From Candidatus Pacearchaeota archaeon (GTDB taxonomy: Archaea > Nanobdellota > Nanobdellia > Pacearchaeales > GW2011-AR1), in the NCBI GenBank assembly GCA_017608945.1, contig JAFCEY010000003.1, forward strand, positions 1-37,845: a stretch of DNA of 37,845 nucleotides, written 5' to 3'. Below are positions 25,666 to 34,660 of the stretch, one piece after another (positions within the stretch are counted from its first letter, which is position 1; the number at the start of each line of letters is the position of its first letter). Made by a program: the position numbers and the translations under genes. The notes beneath the pieces are model-generated. The model was not told the origin of the DNA, did no database searches, and saw nothing but the letters and a program-made list of their open reading frames with translations.

Positions 25666-25910
25666 TTTTTTTCTGACTTTTCTGAATTGGACAATTTATT
25701 AAAAACTTTTTGAACTTATTTTGGAACAAAAATAGGAAAAGCCTTTTTAACTTTATACTCCTCGATTAATTTGATTCTTTGTGAGATACATTTTCTAGAT
25801 TTAAAATCTCTAACAGAATATCCTAAAGCAGATTCTTAAGAGAAAATTTTTAACTTTTATTTGAATGTATTTTGGTTCCATTTTTACAATGGAAAAAGAT
25901 TTTATAAATA

Positions 25911-25918
25911 TTTATATA
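25911..25918 (+). promoter_or_regulatory. Candidate TATA box (tttatata) for map
   Basis: Centred ~26 nt upstream of the ATG at 25940. Confidence 0.35.
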
Positions 25919-25939
25919 ACATAAATTACACTTTTTTTT

Positions 25940-26818
25940 ATGGATAATGAAAAAATTTTACAGGCAGGAAAAATTGCATCACAAGTTAGAGAATATGCTA
26001 AATTAATTATAAAGCCAAATATGCCTTTACTGGAAATTGCAGAAAAAATTGAGGATAAAATTTTTGAGCTTGGGGGAAAGCCTGCTTTTCCTGTAAATTT
26101 ATCTATTAATAATATTACGGCACATTATACTCCTTCTCACGACGATAAAAGCACAGCAAGAGATTTGTTAAAAATTGATTTTGGAGTTTCTATAGAGGGG
26201 TGGATTGCAGATACAGCATTTTCCATTGACCTTGAAGGTAGTGAAGAAAATAAAAAATTGATAGAGGCAAGTGAAAAAGCTCTTGAGGAAGCAACTAAAA
26301 TTGCAAAACCCGGAATAAATATAAGTCAAATAGGAAAAAAAATTCAAGAAACAATTGAATCTTATGGTTTCTTGCCTATAATAAATCTTTCAGGACATGA
26401 AATGAGACAATATGAGCTACATGCCGGGATTACTATACCAAATATTGATGATAAAAAAAATATTCCTTTAAAGCCCGGACTTTATGCTGTTGAGCCCTTT
26501 GCAACTAACGGAACAGGTAAAGTTCATGATGGGAAGCCTTCTGGAATTTATCTTTTAGTTAACAACAAAAATCCAAGAAGCCAAACTGCAAGAGAAATTT
26601 TAAAATTTATTGAACAAACTTACAAAAGTTTACCTTTTTGTTCTCGCTGGATTATAAAAAAATTTCCAAAAGCATTAGCGTTATTTGCATTAAAGGAACT
26701 TGAAGATAATGGTAATTTACATCATTTTCCTCAGCTTGTTGAAAAATCAGGAAAAGTTTCCCAAACTGAACATACAATCTTAGTAGAAAAAGATAAAATT
26801 ACTATTACAACTTTATAA
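25940..26818 (+). CDS. map: Methionine aminopeptidase, type 2 (archaeal)
   Basis: TAHYTP, DFGVSIEGWIADTAFS, SGHEM, EPFAT and QTEHT place the metal ligands in the type-2 order. 292 aa. Confidence 0.9.
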   Translation: MDNEKILQAGKIASQVREYAKLIIKPNMPLLEIAEKIEDKIFELGGKPAFPVNLSINNITAHYTPSHDDKSTARDLLKIDFGVSIEGWIADTAFSIDLEGSEENKKLIEASEKALEEATKIAKPGINISQIGKKIQETIESYGFLPIINLSGHEMRQYELHAGITIPNIDDKKNIPLKPGLYAVEPFATNGTGKVHDGKPSGIYLLVNNKNPRSQTAREILKFIEQTYKSLPFCSRWIIKKFPKALALFALKELEDNGNLHHFPQLVEKSGKVSQTEHTILVEKDKITITTL

Positions 26819-26819
26819 A

Positions 26820-27017
26820 TTATTTGTTAAATTTAGAAATTACATCTTCAAGGTATTCTTTTGCATAAGGATTCATTAACCTTGGTAAAATTTTTTTAGC
26901 TTCATTAATATAAAAATATCTTATATTTTCTTTTTTTCCATTAACTTCTACTTCGCAAGGATTTTCAATATGTGAAGCTAACAATATAACAGTTTCAATA
27001 TCAGATATTTTTTCCAT
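26820..27017 (-). CDS. Small hypothetical protein (65 aa) immediately downstream of cdc48
   Basis: ATG 14 nt after the cdc48 stop, same strand. No motif recognised, and coding status is uncertain. Confidence 0.35.
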   Translation of the reverse strand: MEKISDIETVILLASHIENPCEVEVNGKKENIRYFYINEAKKILPRLMNPYAKEYLEDVISKFNK

Positions 27018-27031
27018 TTTAAATTTTTAAA

Positions 27032-29326
27032 TTATCCAAGGTAACTACTAGGAGCAGGAACAGCTGCTTTTGAAGTTTTTAAGAAATTTTCTTCAATTTT
27101 TTTGTATGCTTCAAAAGTTGTTTTTGTTACACTTGGTTTTATTTTTTCAAGAGCCTTTTCAAAATGTTTTTTTGTAACTTGTTTAGTATCTGGGGATTCT
27201 CTTAATGCCAACATTCCTGCTTCTCTTACTAATGATTCTAAATCAGCACCTGTATATCCTGAAGTTATTTTTGCAATTTCCTTAAGATTAACGTCTTTTC
27301 CAAGAGGCATTTTTTTTGTATGAATTTTTAATATATTTTCTCTTTCTGTTTCATTAGGAGCATCAACAAGCAAGATTTTGTCAAATCTTCCTGGTCTTAA
27401 CAATGCTGGGTCAATCATATCTGGACGGTTTGTAGCTCCGATTACAATAACATCATTTAAATCTTCTAGACCATCCATTTCCGCTAACATCTGATTTAAA
27501 ACTCTTTCAGTAACTTTTGTCCCTGTTTCAATTCCTCTTTTTCCTGCAATTGCATCAATTTCATCAAAGAAAACAACACATGGAGCTACTTGTCTTGCTC
27601 TTTCAAAAACCTTCCTCATTCCTTCTTCGCTTTTACCAACCCACATACTTAATAAACTTGGACCTTTAACTTGAATGAAATTAGCTTCAGATTCATTTGC
27701 AACAGCCTTGGCTAATAAGGTTTTACCTGTTCCTGGAGGCCCATAAAGTAAAATTCCTCTTGGTGGCTTTATTCCTATTCTCCTAAAACTTTCAGGATAT
27801 TTTAAAGGCCATTCAACAGCTTCTTTTAACTCTCTCTTAATATCCTCTAAGCCTCCAATATATTCCCAGGTTATATTTGGTGTTTCAACTAAAACCTCTC
27901 TCATAGCGCTCGGACGAACAACTTTTAAGGCTTCTACAAAATCAAAATGTCTAACAATTAATTTTTCTAATACTTCTTGTGGGATTTCTTCTTCTAGTTT
28001 TATTTTTGGAAGATGTTTTCTTAAGACATTCATTGCTGCTTCTTTTGTTAAAGCTTCTAAATCTGCTCCAACAAAACCGTGTGTTGTTGTAGCAATTTCC
28101 TTAAGATTAACGTCTTTTCCAAGAGGCATACCTCTTGTATGAATTTTTAAAATTGATAATCTGCCATCTTTATCAGGAACATTTATTGATATTTCTCTGT
28201 CAAATCTCCCAGGTCTTCTTAAGGCAGGGTCTAATACATTTGGTCTGTTAGTTGCACCAATAACTATAACCTTGCCTCTTGACTTTAAGCCATCCATCAT
28301 TGTTAAAAGCTGGCTTACAACACGCCTTTCAACTTCTCCAACAACTTCTTCCCTTTTAGGAGCTATAGAATCAATTTCATCTATGAAAATTATCGCAGGA
28401 GCAGTTTTTTCAGCTTCTTCAAAAATATCTCTAATTTTCTTTTCACTTTCTCCGTAAAACTTGCTCATAATCTCTGGTCCATTAAGCAAAATGAAATTAG
28501 CTTCAGATTCATTTGCAACAGCCTTGGCTAATAAGGTTTTACCTGTTCCTGGAGGCCCATGTAAAAGAACACCTTTCGGAGGCTCAATCCCAAGTCTTTC
28601 AAAAATTTCTGGATGTTTTAATGGTATCTCAACCATTTCTCTTATTTTCTTAATTTCCTCACTTAAACCACCAATATCTTCATAAGTTATTTCTGGAATT
28701 CTTTCATCACTTACCTCAATAGCTTTTGGACTTAAAGAAAGCTCAGTATTCTCTGTTATAATAACTGGTTGATTTGGTGAGGTGGAAGCTACAACAAATC
28801 TTATTTGAGCCATTCTTCCTCCTAAACCAAAACCCATTCCTCCAAAAATCTCGTCAAGATTTCCAAAAATGTCATCAATATTTCCAAATTCTTCAGAAAT
28901 CAGATCTCTTCGTCTTTGAACTCCTCCTAATACAATTATATCTCCTTTTAAAACACTTCTTCCTAAAAGTCCTCTTTTTAATCCTTCATGGTCCTGAACA
29001 TGAACCATGATATTTTTTTGTGCAGGAGCAATAACAACTTTCTTTGCTTCTTTTACCTCTGCTTTTGAAATTCTGACAATATCCCCAATTCCAACTTTAG
29101 CATTTTTTCTTAATATGCCATCAATTCTTATAATTTTTTCTCCAATATCTGCAGGATATGCTTTATCTGCAATTGCAACTGTTTGTCTGTTTCCCTTAAT
29201 TAAAATTATGTCTCCTCTTTTTATCCCAAGTTCTCTCATTACTTCATTATCTATTCTTGCTATTCCTTTGTACGCATCATCCTGCAATGCTTCCACAACT
29301 TTTAGTTGAACTTCCTTTTTATTCAT
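27032..29326 (-). CDS. cdc48: Cdc48/VCP-like AAA+ ATPase (N domain plus D1 and D2)
   Basis: N domain [19 protein letters not shown]. Two Walker A motifs GPPGTGKT, two Walker B motifs ([16 protein letters not shown]) and two second-region-of-homology segments. 764 aa. Confidence 0.95.
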   Translation of the reverse strand: MNKKEVQLKVVEALQDDAYKGIARIDNEVMRELGIKRGDIILIKGNRQTVAIADKAYPADIGEKIIRIDGILRKNAKVGIGDIVRISKAEVKEAKKVVIAPAQKNIMVHVQDHEGLKRGLLGRSVLKGDIIVLGGVQRRRDLISEEFGNIDDIFGNLDEIFGGMGFGLGGRMAQIRFVVASTSPNQPVIITENTELSLSPKAIEVSDERIPEITYEDIGGLSEEIKKIREMVEIPLKHPEIFERLGIEPPKGVLLHGPPGTGKTLLAKAVANESEANFILLNGPEIMSKFYGESEKKIRDIFEEAEKTAPAIIFIDEIDSIAPKREEVVGEVERRVVSQLLTMMDGLKSRGKVIVIGATNRPNVLDPALRRPGRFDREISINVPDKDGRLSILKIHTRGMPLGKDVNLKEIATTTHGFVGADLEALTKEAAMNVLRKHLPKIKLEEEIPQEVLEKLIVRHFDFVEALKVVRPSAMREVLVETPNITWEYIGGLEDIKRELKEAVEWPLKYPESFRRIGIKPPRGILLYGPPGTGKTLLAKAVANESEANFIQVKGPSLLSMWVGKSEEGMRKVFERARQVAPCVVFFDEIDAIAGKRGIETGTKVTERVLNQMLAEMDGLEDLNDVIVIGATNRPDMIDPALLRPGRFDKILLVDAPNETERENILKIHTKKMPLGKDVNLKEIAKITSGYTGADLESLVREAGMLALRESPDTKQVTKKHFEKALEKIKPSVTKTTFEAYKKIEENFLKTSKAAVPAPSSYLG
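27273..27310. repeat. 38-nt perfect repeat, D2 copy (encodes [13 protein letters not shown])
   Basis: gcaatttccttaagattaacgtcttttccaagaggcat is identical to 28092-28129. The offset is 819 nt (273 codons). A further 15 identical nt follow after a 6-nt mismatch. Confidence 0.95.
27674..27744. repeat. 71-nt perfect repeat, copy in the cdc48 D2 module
   Basis: aatgaaattagcttcagattcatttgcaacagccttggctaataaggttttacctgttcctggaggcccat is identical to 28490-28560. The offset is 816 nt (272 codons, in frame). Encodes [23 protein letters not shown]. Confidence 0.95.
28092..28129. repeat. 38-nt perfect repeat, D1 copy
   Basis: Identical to 27273-27310. Confidence 0.95.
28490..28560. repeat. 71-nt perfect repeat, copy in the cdc48 D1 module
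   Basis: Identical to 27674-27744, while the sequence immediately flanking both copies is strongly diverged. Confidence 0.95.
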
Positions 29327-29666
29327 CTTCCCTCCTAAAATCTAAAGATAATTTTCCCATTTCCTCTAAACATAATCTTACCATTTCATTCATGGTTTTC
29401 TTTTGTTCATTCATAAATGAGACTATTTTTTTAGGAATTGAAACTGCGTAAGAGTTTCCAACTATTCTCATTTTAACTTTAAATTCTTTATTTTTTAAAT
29501 TTTTGAATTTTTTATATTCTTGAATGTCAAGAGGATGAAGCACTTTTTCATTACATTTTGGGCAAATCATCGCCCTAAAAATAAATCCATCTTTAATTAC
29601 TTTTGTTTTTTCCATTTTTTTATTGCATTTTCTACAGAGAATTTTATTGTCAAATATATCTATCAT
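29319..29666 (-). CDS. Zinc-ribbon plus SpoVT/AbrB-like DNA-binding protein (115 aa)
   Basis: CRKCNKK ...(19 aa)... CPKCNEK forms a C4 ribbon, and [20 protein letters not shown] matches the AbrB/MazE swapped-hairpin signature (vGgS..vtIPk.i). Its last 8 nt overlap the cdc48 start. Confidence 0.6.
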   Translation of the reverse strand: MIDIFDNKILCRKCNKKMEKTKVIKDGFIFRAMICPKCNEKVLHPLDIQEYKKFKNLKNKEFKVKMRIVGNSYAVSIPKKIVSFMNEQKKTMNEMVRLCLEEMGKLSLDFRREDE

Positions 29667-29689
29667 TTTTATTTTTTATTTAATTTTAT

Positions 29690-29723
29690 TGTATACACAA
29701 AAAATGTATACAAAATTGTATAT
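29690..29723. promoter_or_regulatory. Candidate operator: two TGTATACA palindromes plus a TGTATAT half-repeat upstream of the zinc-ribbon/AbrB-cdc48 unit
   Basis: TGTATACA at 29690-29697 and 29705-29712, and TGTATAT at 29717-29723. The proximal palindrome ends 23-24 nt upstream of the ATG at 29666, which is the TATA-box position. Confidence 0.4.
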
Positions 29724-29822
29724 TTAAATATTTCGGTATTTATTTTGATAATTAATTTAGATTAAAAGATTTTAAAAACCTTTTTTTGGAAAGATGATTC
29801 ATTAAAAGGGTGGATTTTTTCT

Positions 29823-30362
29823 TTGGTTTTTATATTTATATTCATAAAATTCATTTTTTTTCCTTTATTAAGTTTGGCTGCAGGGACTTCTTTGCCATTA
29901 GCAATTGTTGAATCATGTTCAATGTATCATAAAGGAGATATTTTTTCAGATTTTGATAATTGGTGGAATAGACATGAAGAAAAATATGTTAGTTTAGGAA
30001 TTGACAAGCAAATTTTTAGAGATTTTTTGTTTAAAAGAGGTTTTAATAAAGGAGATATTTTGTTTGTAGTTAGAGCAAAACCAGAAAAACTGGAAATTGG
30101 AGATGTGATAATTTTTGAAGCTGGACAAAGAAATCCAGTTATACATCGCATAATTAAAATTGAAGAGCGAGATGAAAATTATATTTTCTCAACAATTGGG
30201 GATAATAATAATGGACAATTAGTTGTTGAAAGGAGCATAAAAGAAGAGCAATTAGTTGGTAAAGCTGTTTTTAAAATAGTGCCTTTTGTTGGATGGGTAA
30301 AATTAATTTTCTTCGAACATGTGAGGCCAATGGAAGAAAGAGGTTTTTGTAAGGAAAATTAG
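29823..30362 (+). CDS. Signal peptidase I, archaeal/eukaryal Sec11 type (S26B)
   Basis: One N-terminal TM helix, then VESCSMYHKGD (catalytic Ser box), GDVIIFEAGQRNPVIHRII (His box) and STIGDNNNGQL (GDNN box). The start is TTG. The in-frame upstream stretch, open back to 29766, contains no ATG. Confidence 0.8.
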   Translation: MVFIFIFIKFIFFPLLSLAAGTSLPLAIVESCSMYHKGDIFSDFDNWWNRHEEKYVSLGIDKQIFRDFLFKRGFNKGDILFVVRAKPEKLEIGDVIIFEAGQRNPVIHRIIKIEERDENYIFSTIGDNNNGQLVVERSIKEEQLVGKAVFKIVPFVGWVKLIFFEHVRPMEERGFCKEN

Positions 30363-30515
30363 AATAAATTTGATTTAATTTGTTTGGCTTGTTTGCAGCA
30401 GATAAAAAATTAGGTGAAATTGTTGGCTTTATTCAAGCGTTTTTTAAACTATCTCATGAATTTTGATGAACAAAAGATTTTTAAAGACTATTTTTATTAA
30501 AAAGAGAATTTAAAA

Positions 30516-30827
30516 ATGGAATTTTGTCCAAAGTGTGGGGCGTTACTTGTACAAAAGAGGAAAAATTTTGGTTGTCCTCGGTGTGGTTATTCTTTTAGAA
30601 AGGGAACTAAAATGATTATTTCTGAAAAAATAAATAATAAAAAAGAGGCAGTTGGCGTTTTCTCAAGTAAAGAATCTCAGATTTTTCCAGTTGTTGAGGA
30701 AAAGTGCAAAAAATGTAAAAATAATAAGGCATATTTCTGGACTGTTCAAACACGTTCAGGCGATGAGGCAGAAACAAAATTTTTCAAATGTACAAAATGC
30801 GGATTCACATGGAGAGAGTATAGATAG
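30516..30827 (+). CDS. tfs: Transcription factor S (TFS / RpoM-like cleavage factor)
   Basis: N-terminal ribbon CPKCG...CPRCG. C-terminal ribbon CKKCKN...TRSGDEAETKFFKCTKCGFTW carries the acidic DE hairpin. Confidence 0.9.
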   Translation: MEFCPKCGALLVQKRKNFGCPRCGYSFRKGTKMIISEKINNKKEAVGVFSSKESQIFPVVEEKCKKCKNNKAYFWTVQTRSGDEAETKFFKCTKCGFTWREYR

Positions 30828-30869
30828 AGTATATAAAATTTTATAAAATCTGATAGAGTTCTATAAAAA

Positions 30870-31229
30870 GTGAATATAAATGCAATAAAAGAATTGTGTC
30901 GTGAAACATTAAATTCTAAAACTATTGAGGATATTTGTGAATGTAAGAGTTATTGTATATTAAAAGAGATAATTATGCGTGTAGGATTAAGTGAAAAAGT
31001 TCTAAAAGAATTTAAGTGCATAGAGAAACTTAAATATATAAAAAGTGAAGAATTAGGAAGAGACATTGGATGGAAAAATACTTTTTATATATGGGAAAAT
31101 GAAGGATATGCTGAGAAGTTTGATAAAATTTATAATAATGAAATGAATCATAATGAAATCTGGAAACAGATGCTTGAGATGTTTAAAGTTCCAGAACCTC
31201 TTAATGATCCTTCTTACTATATTAGCTAG
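30870..31229 (+). CDS. Hypothetical protein (119 aa, GTG start; alternative ATG at codon 36)
   Basis: ORF only. No motif recognised and the start is uncertain. Confidence 0.4.
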   Translation: MNINAIKELCRETLNSKTIEDICECKSYCILKEIIMRVGLSEKVLKEFKCIEKLKYIKSEELGRDIGWKNTFYIWENEGYAEKFDKIYNNEMNHNEIWKQMLEMFKVPEPLNDPSYYIS

Positions 31230-31287
31230 TACACAAAAAGCTTCTGACTTACACAACAATTCTACAACATGTTTTTAAACAAAATTA

Positions 31288-31408
31288 TGGCCCCGGAGGG
31301 ATTTGAACCCCCGACACCCGGATTGCTAAGAAACCAAGGTTTCTTTAGCATAATTATCCTTTAGTTTCATAAGAGTCCGGTGCTCTAACCAGGCTGAGCT
31401 ACGGAGCC
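31288..31408 (-). tRNA. tRNA-Lys (anticodon CUU) with a 46-nt intron at the canonical 37/38 position
   Basis: Hand fold of the reverse complement: acceptor GGCTCCG/CGGGGCC (one G-U), D arm GCTC-AGCCTGGTTA-GAGC, anticodon stem CCGGA/TCCGG, loop C-T-CTT-A, variable loop GTGTC, T arm GGGGG-TTCAAAT-CCCTC, discriminator A. No encoded CCA. Anticodon at 31371-31373. Confidence 0.85.
31324..31369 (-). other. tRNA intron (46 nt)
   Basis: TGAAACTAAAGGATAATTATGCTAAAGAAACCTTGGTTTCTTAGCA. Exactly 7 nt lie on each strand between the anticodon stem and a GAAAC/GTTTC helix, which is bulge-helix-bulge geometry, but the central helix has only 2 Watson-Crick pairs (relaxed BHB). Confidence 0.7.
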
Positions 31409-31494
31409 TAACTATATTAAAATTACATTTACAAGTTTTTAAATTTTTTATATCACAAAATTAATAGAGAAATAAAAAGGAAATAAGTGTATTT

Positions 31495-34128
31495 TTATTC
31501 CTCCCTTTGTACAAGATTTGTAAGTCCTCCTTTCTTTTTTGTTATTATCTTTAAAATATCAAAAACAATAATAATTATTAAAGAAACTGCAAAAGCAATT
31601 AACCAATAAAATAAGCCTACACTTGCAGTTTCAAAAACTCTGTTTAAAGGACTATAAACAACTAAGATTGTTAATAAAATTGATAATCCTGCAGCATAAA
31701 CTGTATATTTGTTTGCAAAGAAAGGTAATTTATGAACAGGATATCTAAAAGATCTAAAATTAAATACATCTGCTATTTCAAAAAATATCAAAGTTATTAA
31801 TGCTACTGTTCTTGCAACAACAATCTCTTGATTTAATATTTTAAGAGTAAAATAAAAAACACTTAATGTTCCTACAGCCATTACAGATCCTGAAATTGCT
31901 AGCAAGATAAATAAATTCTTATTAATAAGGTTTGATTTTTTTCTTGGCTTTACATTCATAACATCATAGGAAGGAGGATTAAAACCAAGACTTAGAGATG
32001 AAAGGTCATCTGTAATAAGGTTCATAAATAATATCTGCAAAGCAAGCAAAGGTAAAGGTAAACCAATAACAATCCCTATAAAAATAATCATTAATTCAGC
32101 ATAATTACAAGCAAGTTGATGTGTCAAAAATTTTCTAATATTGCTGAAAATTGTTCTTCCTTCGCTAACTGCAGAGACAATTGTTGAAAAATTATCATCT
32201 TTTAATGTTAAATCAGCAGCTTCTCTTGAAACATCTGTTCCATTTTTTCCCATTGCCACTCCAATATGCGCCTCTTTTAGTGCTGGAGCATCATTTACTC
32301 CATCACCTGTCATTGTTACTATTTCATTATTTGCTTTTAATGCTTTAACAATTCTAAGTTTATGTTCTGGAACAACTCTTGCAAATATAGCAATTTCATT
32401 TACAATTTTTGCAAGCTCATCGTCGGTTAATTTATCTAAATCCTTGCCTTCGAGGACTTTTCCTTTTAAATTAATTTGTTTAGCAATTGCAAGAGCTGTG
32501 TCTTTATTATCGCCAGTAATCATCTTTACTTTTATTCCCGCAGTTTTGCATAAACTTAGTGCTCCTCTAACTTCTTCTCTGGGAGAATCTTCCATTCCAA
32601 CAATACCCAAAAAAATTAAATTACTCTCAAAATCATTTTTATCAACAGAGTCTGCTTTTTTGTAAGCTAATCCCAAAGTTCTATACTCTTTTGATGTTAA
32701 TTTTTTATTGATTGAGAGAATTTTTTTCCTTTTTTTTTCATTTAATTTGATAATCTTTCCATGCTCATAAATAAATTCACATCTTCTTAATAAAATTTCA
32801 GGAGCTCCTTTTGCATAAACATATTTTCCATTATTTTCTTTTGAAAGAACAGACATTAATTTTCGTTTGGAAGTAAAAGGAATTTCTTCTGTCCTTGTGA
32901 ATTTTAAATCCTCCATAAAAATACCTGCTTTTGCAGCCATTATTAATAAGGCTACTTCTGTTGGAGAGCCTATTGAATGATATTCTTTGTCTGTTCCTTT
33001 TCTTTCTATCCTAGAATCATTACATATGACTGCTGTTTTTAATAATAATTTCAAAATACCTTTTGGAACATTAATTTTCTTTTTTCCATCTAAGAAATCA
33101 CCTGTTGCTTCATAACCAACTCCAGTTATATCAATTACTTTATTATCTGTAAATATTTTCTTTACAGTCATTTCCCCTTTTGTGATTGTTCCTGTTTTGT
33201 CTGCACAAATGATAGTTGTTTCACCGAGAGTTTCTATTATAGACATTCTATTTACAATAGCATTTTTCTTTGCCATCCTGTAAGCTCCAGAAGCTAATGT
33301 AGTTATTAAAACAACAGGGAACCCTTCTGGAAAAGCAGAAACAGATAAAGCAATTACTACCATAAGAACCTCAACAAGCAATGTATAAGAAAAAGGAAGT
33401 CCTCTTATTAACATAATTATACCAGTTAAAACAGATATAGAAATAGCAATAGCTGTCATGTATTTAATAATAGTATTAATTTTATCTTGTAAAGGCAGTT
33501 CTTTTTCTGCAGTTGAAATCATTCCTGCAATTTTTCCAAATTGGGTGCTCATACCAGTATGGATTACCTTGGCAGTGCATTTACCATTAACTACAAATGT
33601 TCCCATGAAAACTATGTTCTCGTCTTTGTAATTTTTCTCACTTTTTACAGCAAATTTTTTTATCTCCTTAGATTCTCCTGTTAAGACAGATTCGTTAACA
33701 ATTAATTCTTTTTCCTTTAAAATAATGCAATCTGCAGGTATTTTTTCACCACTTCTTAAAATAACTATATCTCCTGGAACAATTTCTTTAGAAAGAATTT
33801 CCTTTTCTTTTCCATCTCTTATTACAATTGAAATCGGAACAACCATTTGTTTTAAAGCTTTTATTGCTTTTTCTGCACGATACTCTTGTACAAATCCCAC
33901 AGAAATAACAACGACTATAACTCCTGATATTGCATAAGCTGTAACAGATTCTCCAACAAAAAAAGAAATGAGCATTGCAACAAACAATAAATAAATAATA
34001 AAATTTTTCTTTATTTGTCTAAAAAGAATTTGTAAAGGTGAAACTTTTAAAAGTTCTATAATTTCATTGTAACCATATTTTTTCAGCCTCTTTTTAACCT
34101 CTTTTTCTGTTAACCCTTTTGGCGTCAT
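31495..34128 (-). CDS. P-type cation-transporting ATPase (P2-type, Ca2+/cation-pump-like)
   Basis: Cation_ATPase N-terminus GLTEKEVKKRLKKYGYNEI, TGES actuator motif, PEGFP in M4, phosphorylation site CADKTGTIT, KGAPE, MITGDN and hinge TGDGVNDAPALK. Ten predicted TM helices. 877 aa. Confidence 0.9.
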   Translation of the reverse strand: MTPKGLTEKEVKKRLKKYGYNEIIELLKVSPLQILFRQIKKNFIIYLLFVAMLISFFVGESVTAYAISGVIVVVISVGFVQEYRAEKAIKALKQMVVPISIVIRDGKEKEILSKEIVPGDIVILRSGEKIPADCIILKEKELIVNESVLTGESKEIKKFAVKSEKNYKDENIVFMGTFVVNGKCTAKVIHTGMSTQFGKIAGMISTAEKELPLQDKINTIIKYMTAIAISISVLTGIIMLIRGLPFSYTLLVEVLMVVIALSVSAFPEGFPVVLITTLASGAYRMAKKNAIVNRMSIIETLGETTIICADKTGTITKGEMTVKKIFTDNKVIDITGVGYEATGDFLDGKKKINVPKGILKLLLKTAVICNDSRIERKGTDKEYHSIGSPTEVALLIMAAKAGIFMEDLKFTRTEEIPFTSKRKLMSVLSKENNGKYVYAKGAPEILLRRCEFIYEHGKIIKLNEKKRKKILSINKKLTSKEYRTLGLAYKKADSVDKNDFESNLIFLGIVGMEDSPREEVRGALSLCKTAGIKVKMITGDNKDTALAIAKQINLKGKVLEGKDLDKLTDDELAKIVNEIAIFARVVPEHKLRIVKALKANNEIVTMTGDGVNDAPALKEAHIGVAMGKNGTDVSREAADLTLKDDNFSTIVSAVSEGRTIFSNIRKFLTHQLACNYAELMIIFIGIVIGLPLPLLALQILFMNLITDDLSSLSLGFNPPSYDVMNVKPRKKSNLINKNLFILLAISGSVMAVGTLSVFYFTLKILNQEIVVARTVALITLIFFEIADVFNFRSFRYPVHKLPFFANKYTVYAAGLSILLTILVVYSPLNRVFETASVGLFYWLIAFAVSLIIIIVFDILKIITKKKGGLTNLVQREE

Positions 34129-34190
34129 ATTAATAATTATTTTTTTTAGTTTATTAATGTTGCTGGTTAATTAAAAATTTTTAGCGATAT

Positions 34191-34198
34191 ATTTATAT
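34191..34198 (+). promoter_or_regulatory. Candidate TATA box (atttatat) for the ATP-cone gene
   Basis: Centred ~26 nt upstream of the ATG at 34221. Confidence 0.35.
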
Positions 34199-34220
34199 AT
34201 TCAAAAATTATAAAATCTTT

Positions 34221-34505
34221 ATGACAGCTGTAATTAAAAGAGGTGGAAGAAAGCAAGCATTTGTTGCAACAAAGATAAGAAGCTCTGTTAGAAAAGCAGC
34301 AAAAGAAGCACGTCTTTCTCCTAAAAAAGTTGAAGCTTTGGTTAAAGAAGTGGCTGAGCCAACAATTTCTTTTTTTAAAAAGAAAAGAAATGTCAAATCC
34401 ACAGATATAAGAAGATCTGTTTTGAGAAGACTTACAAGAAGGTCCAGAGCAGTGTCAGCAGCATGGAGAAGGAACGAGAAAAAGAAAAGAAAGAAAAAAA
34501 GATAA
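34221..34505 (+). CDS. Stand-alone ATP-cone domain protein with an Arg/Lys-rich tail (94 aa)
   Basis: VIKRGGRKQAFVATKIRSSVRKAAKEARLS...VKEVAE...VKSTDIRRSVLRRL follows the ATP-cone pattern (v.KRdG....F...KI..si..A ... i....I...V...L). The tail is RRSRAVSAAWRRNEKKKRKKKR. The mirror ORF on the minus strand is rejected. Confidence 0.6.
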   Translation: MTAVIKRGGRKQAFVATKIRSSVRKAAKEARLSPKKVEALVKEVAEPTISFFKKKRNVKSTDIRRSVLRRLTRRSRAVSAAWRRNEKKKRKKKR

Positions 34506-34660
34506 TCTTCCATAAAAATAATTAAAATAAGTAGTAGTCAGAGCTTTAAGTTTAAATTACTTGAAAGTAACTTAATGACTTTATGAAATGTATCCAATTT
34601 TTCAATAAATATCAATAATATTCATTTTTTAATTATTATATTTTAATAAATTCTCTTATT

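Noticed and set aside
25690-25812. 39-codon minus-strand frame without a start codon (ESALGYSVRDFKSRKCISQRIKLIEEYKVKKAFPIFVPK) in the 274-nt spacer before map
   Set aside because: It has no start codon and no recognisable motif. It might be a gene relic but is indistinguishable from chance.
34208-34513. 101-aa minus-strand ORF exactly mirroring the ATP-cone gene
   Set aside because: The plus strand is purine-rich (AAG/AGA/GAA codons), so the antisense frame stays open by composition and gives a Phe/Leu-rich, motif-less product. The plus-strand product has a recognisable ATP-cone pattern and a phased TATA box.
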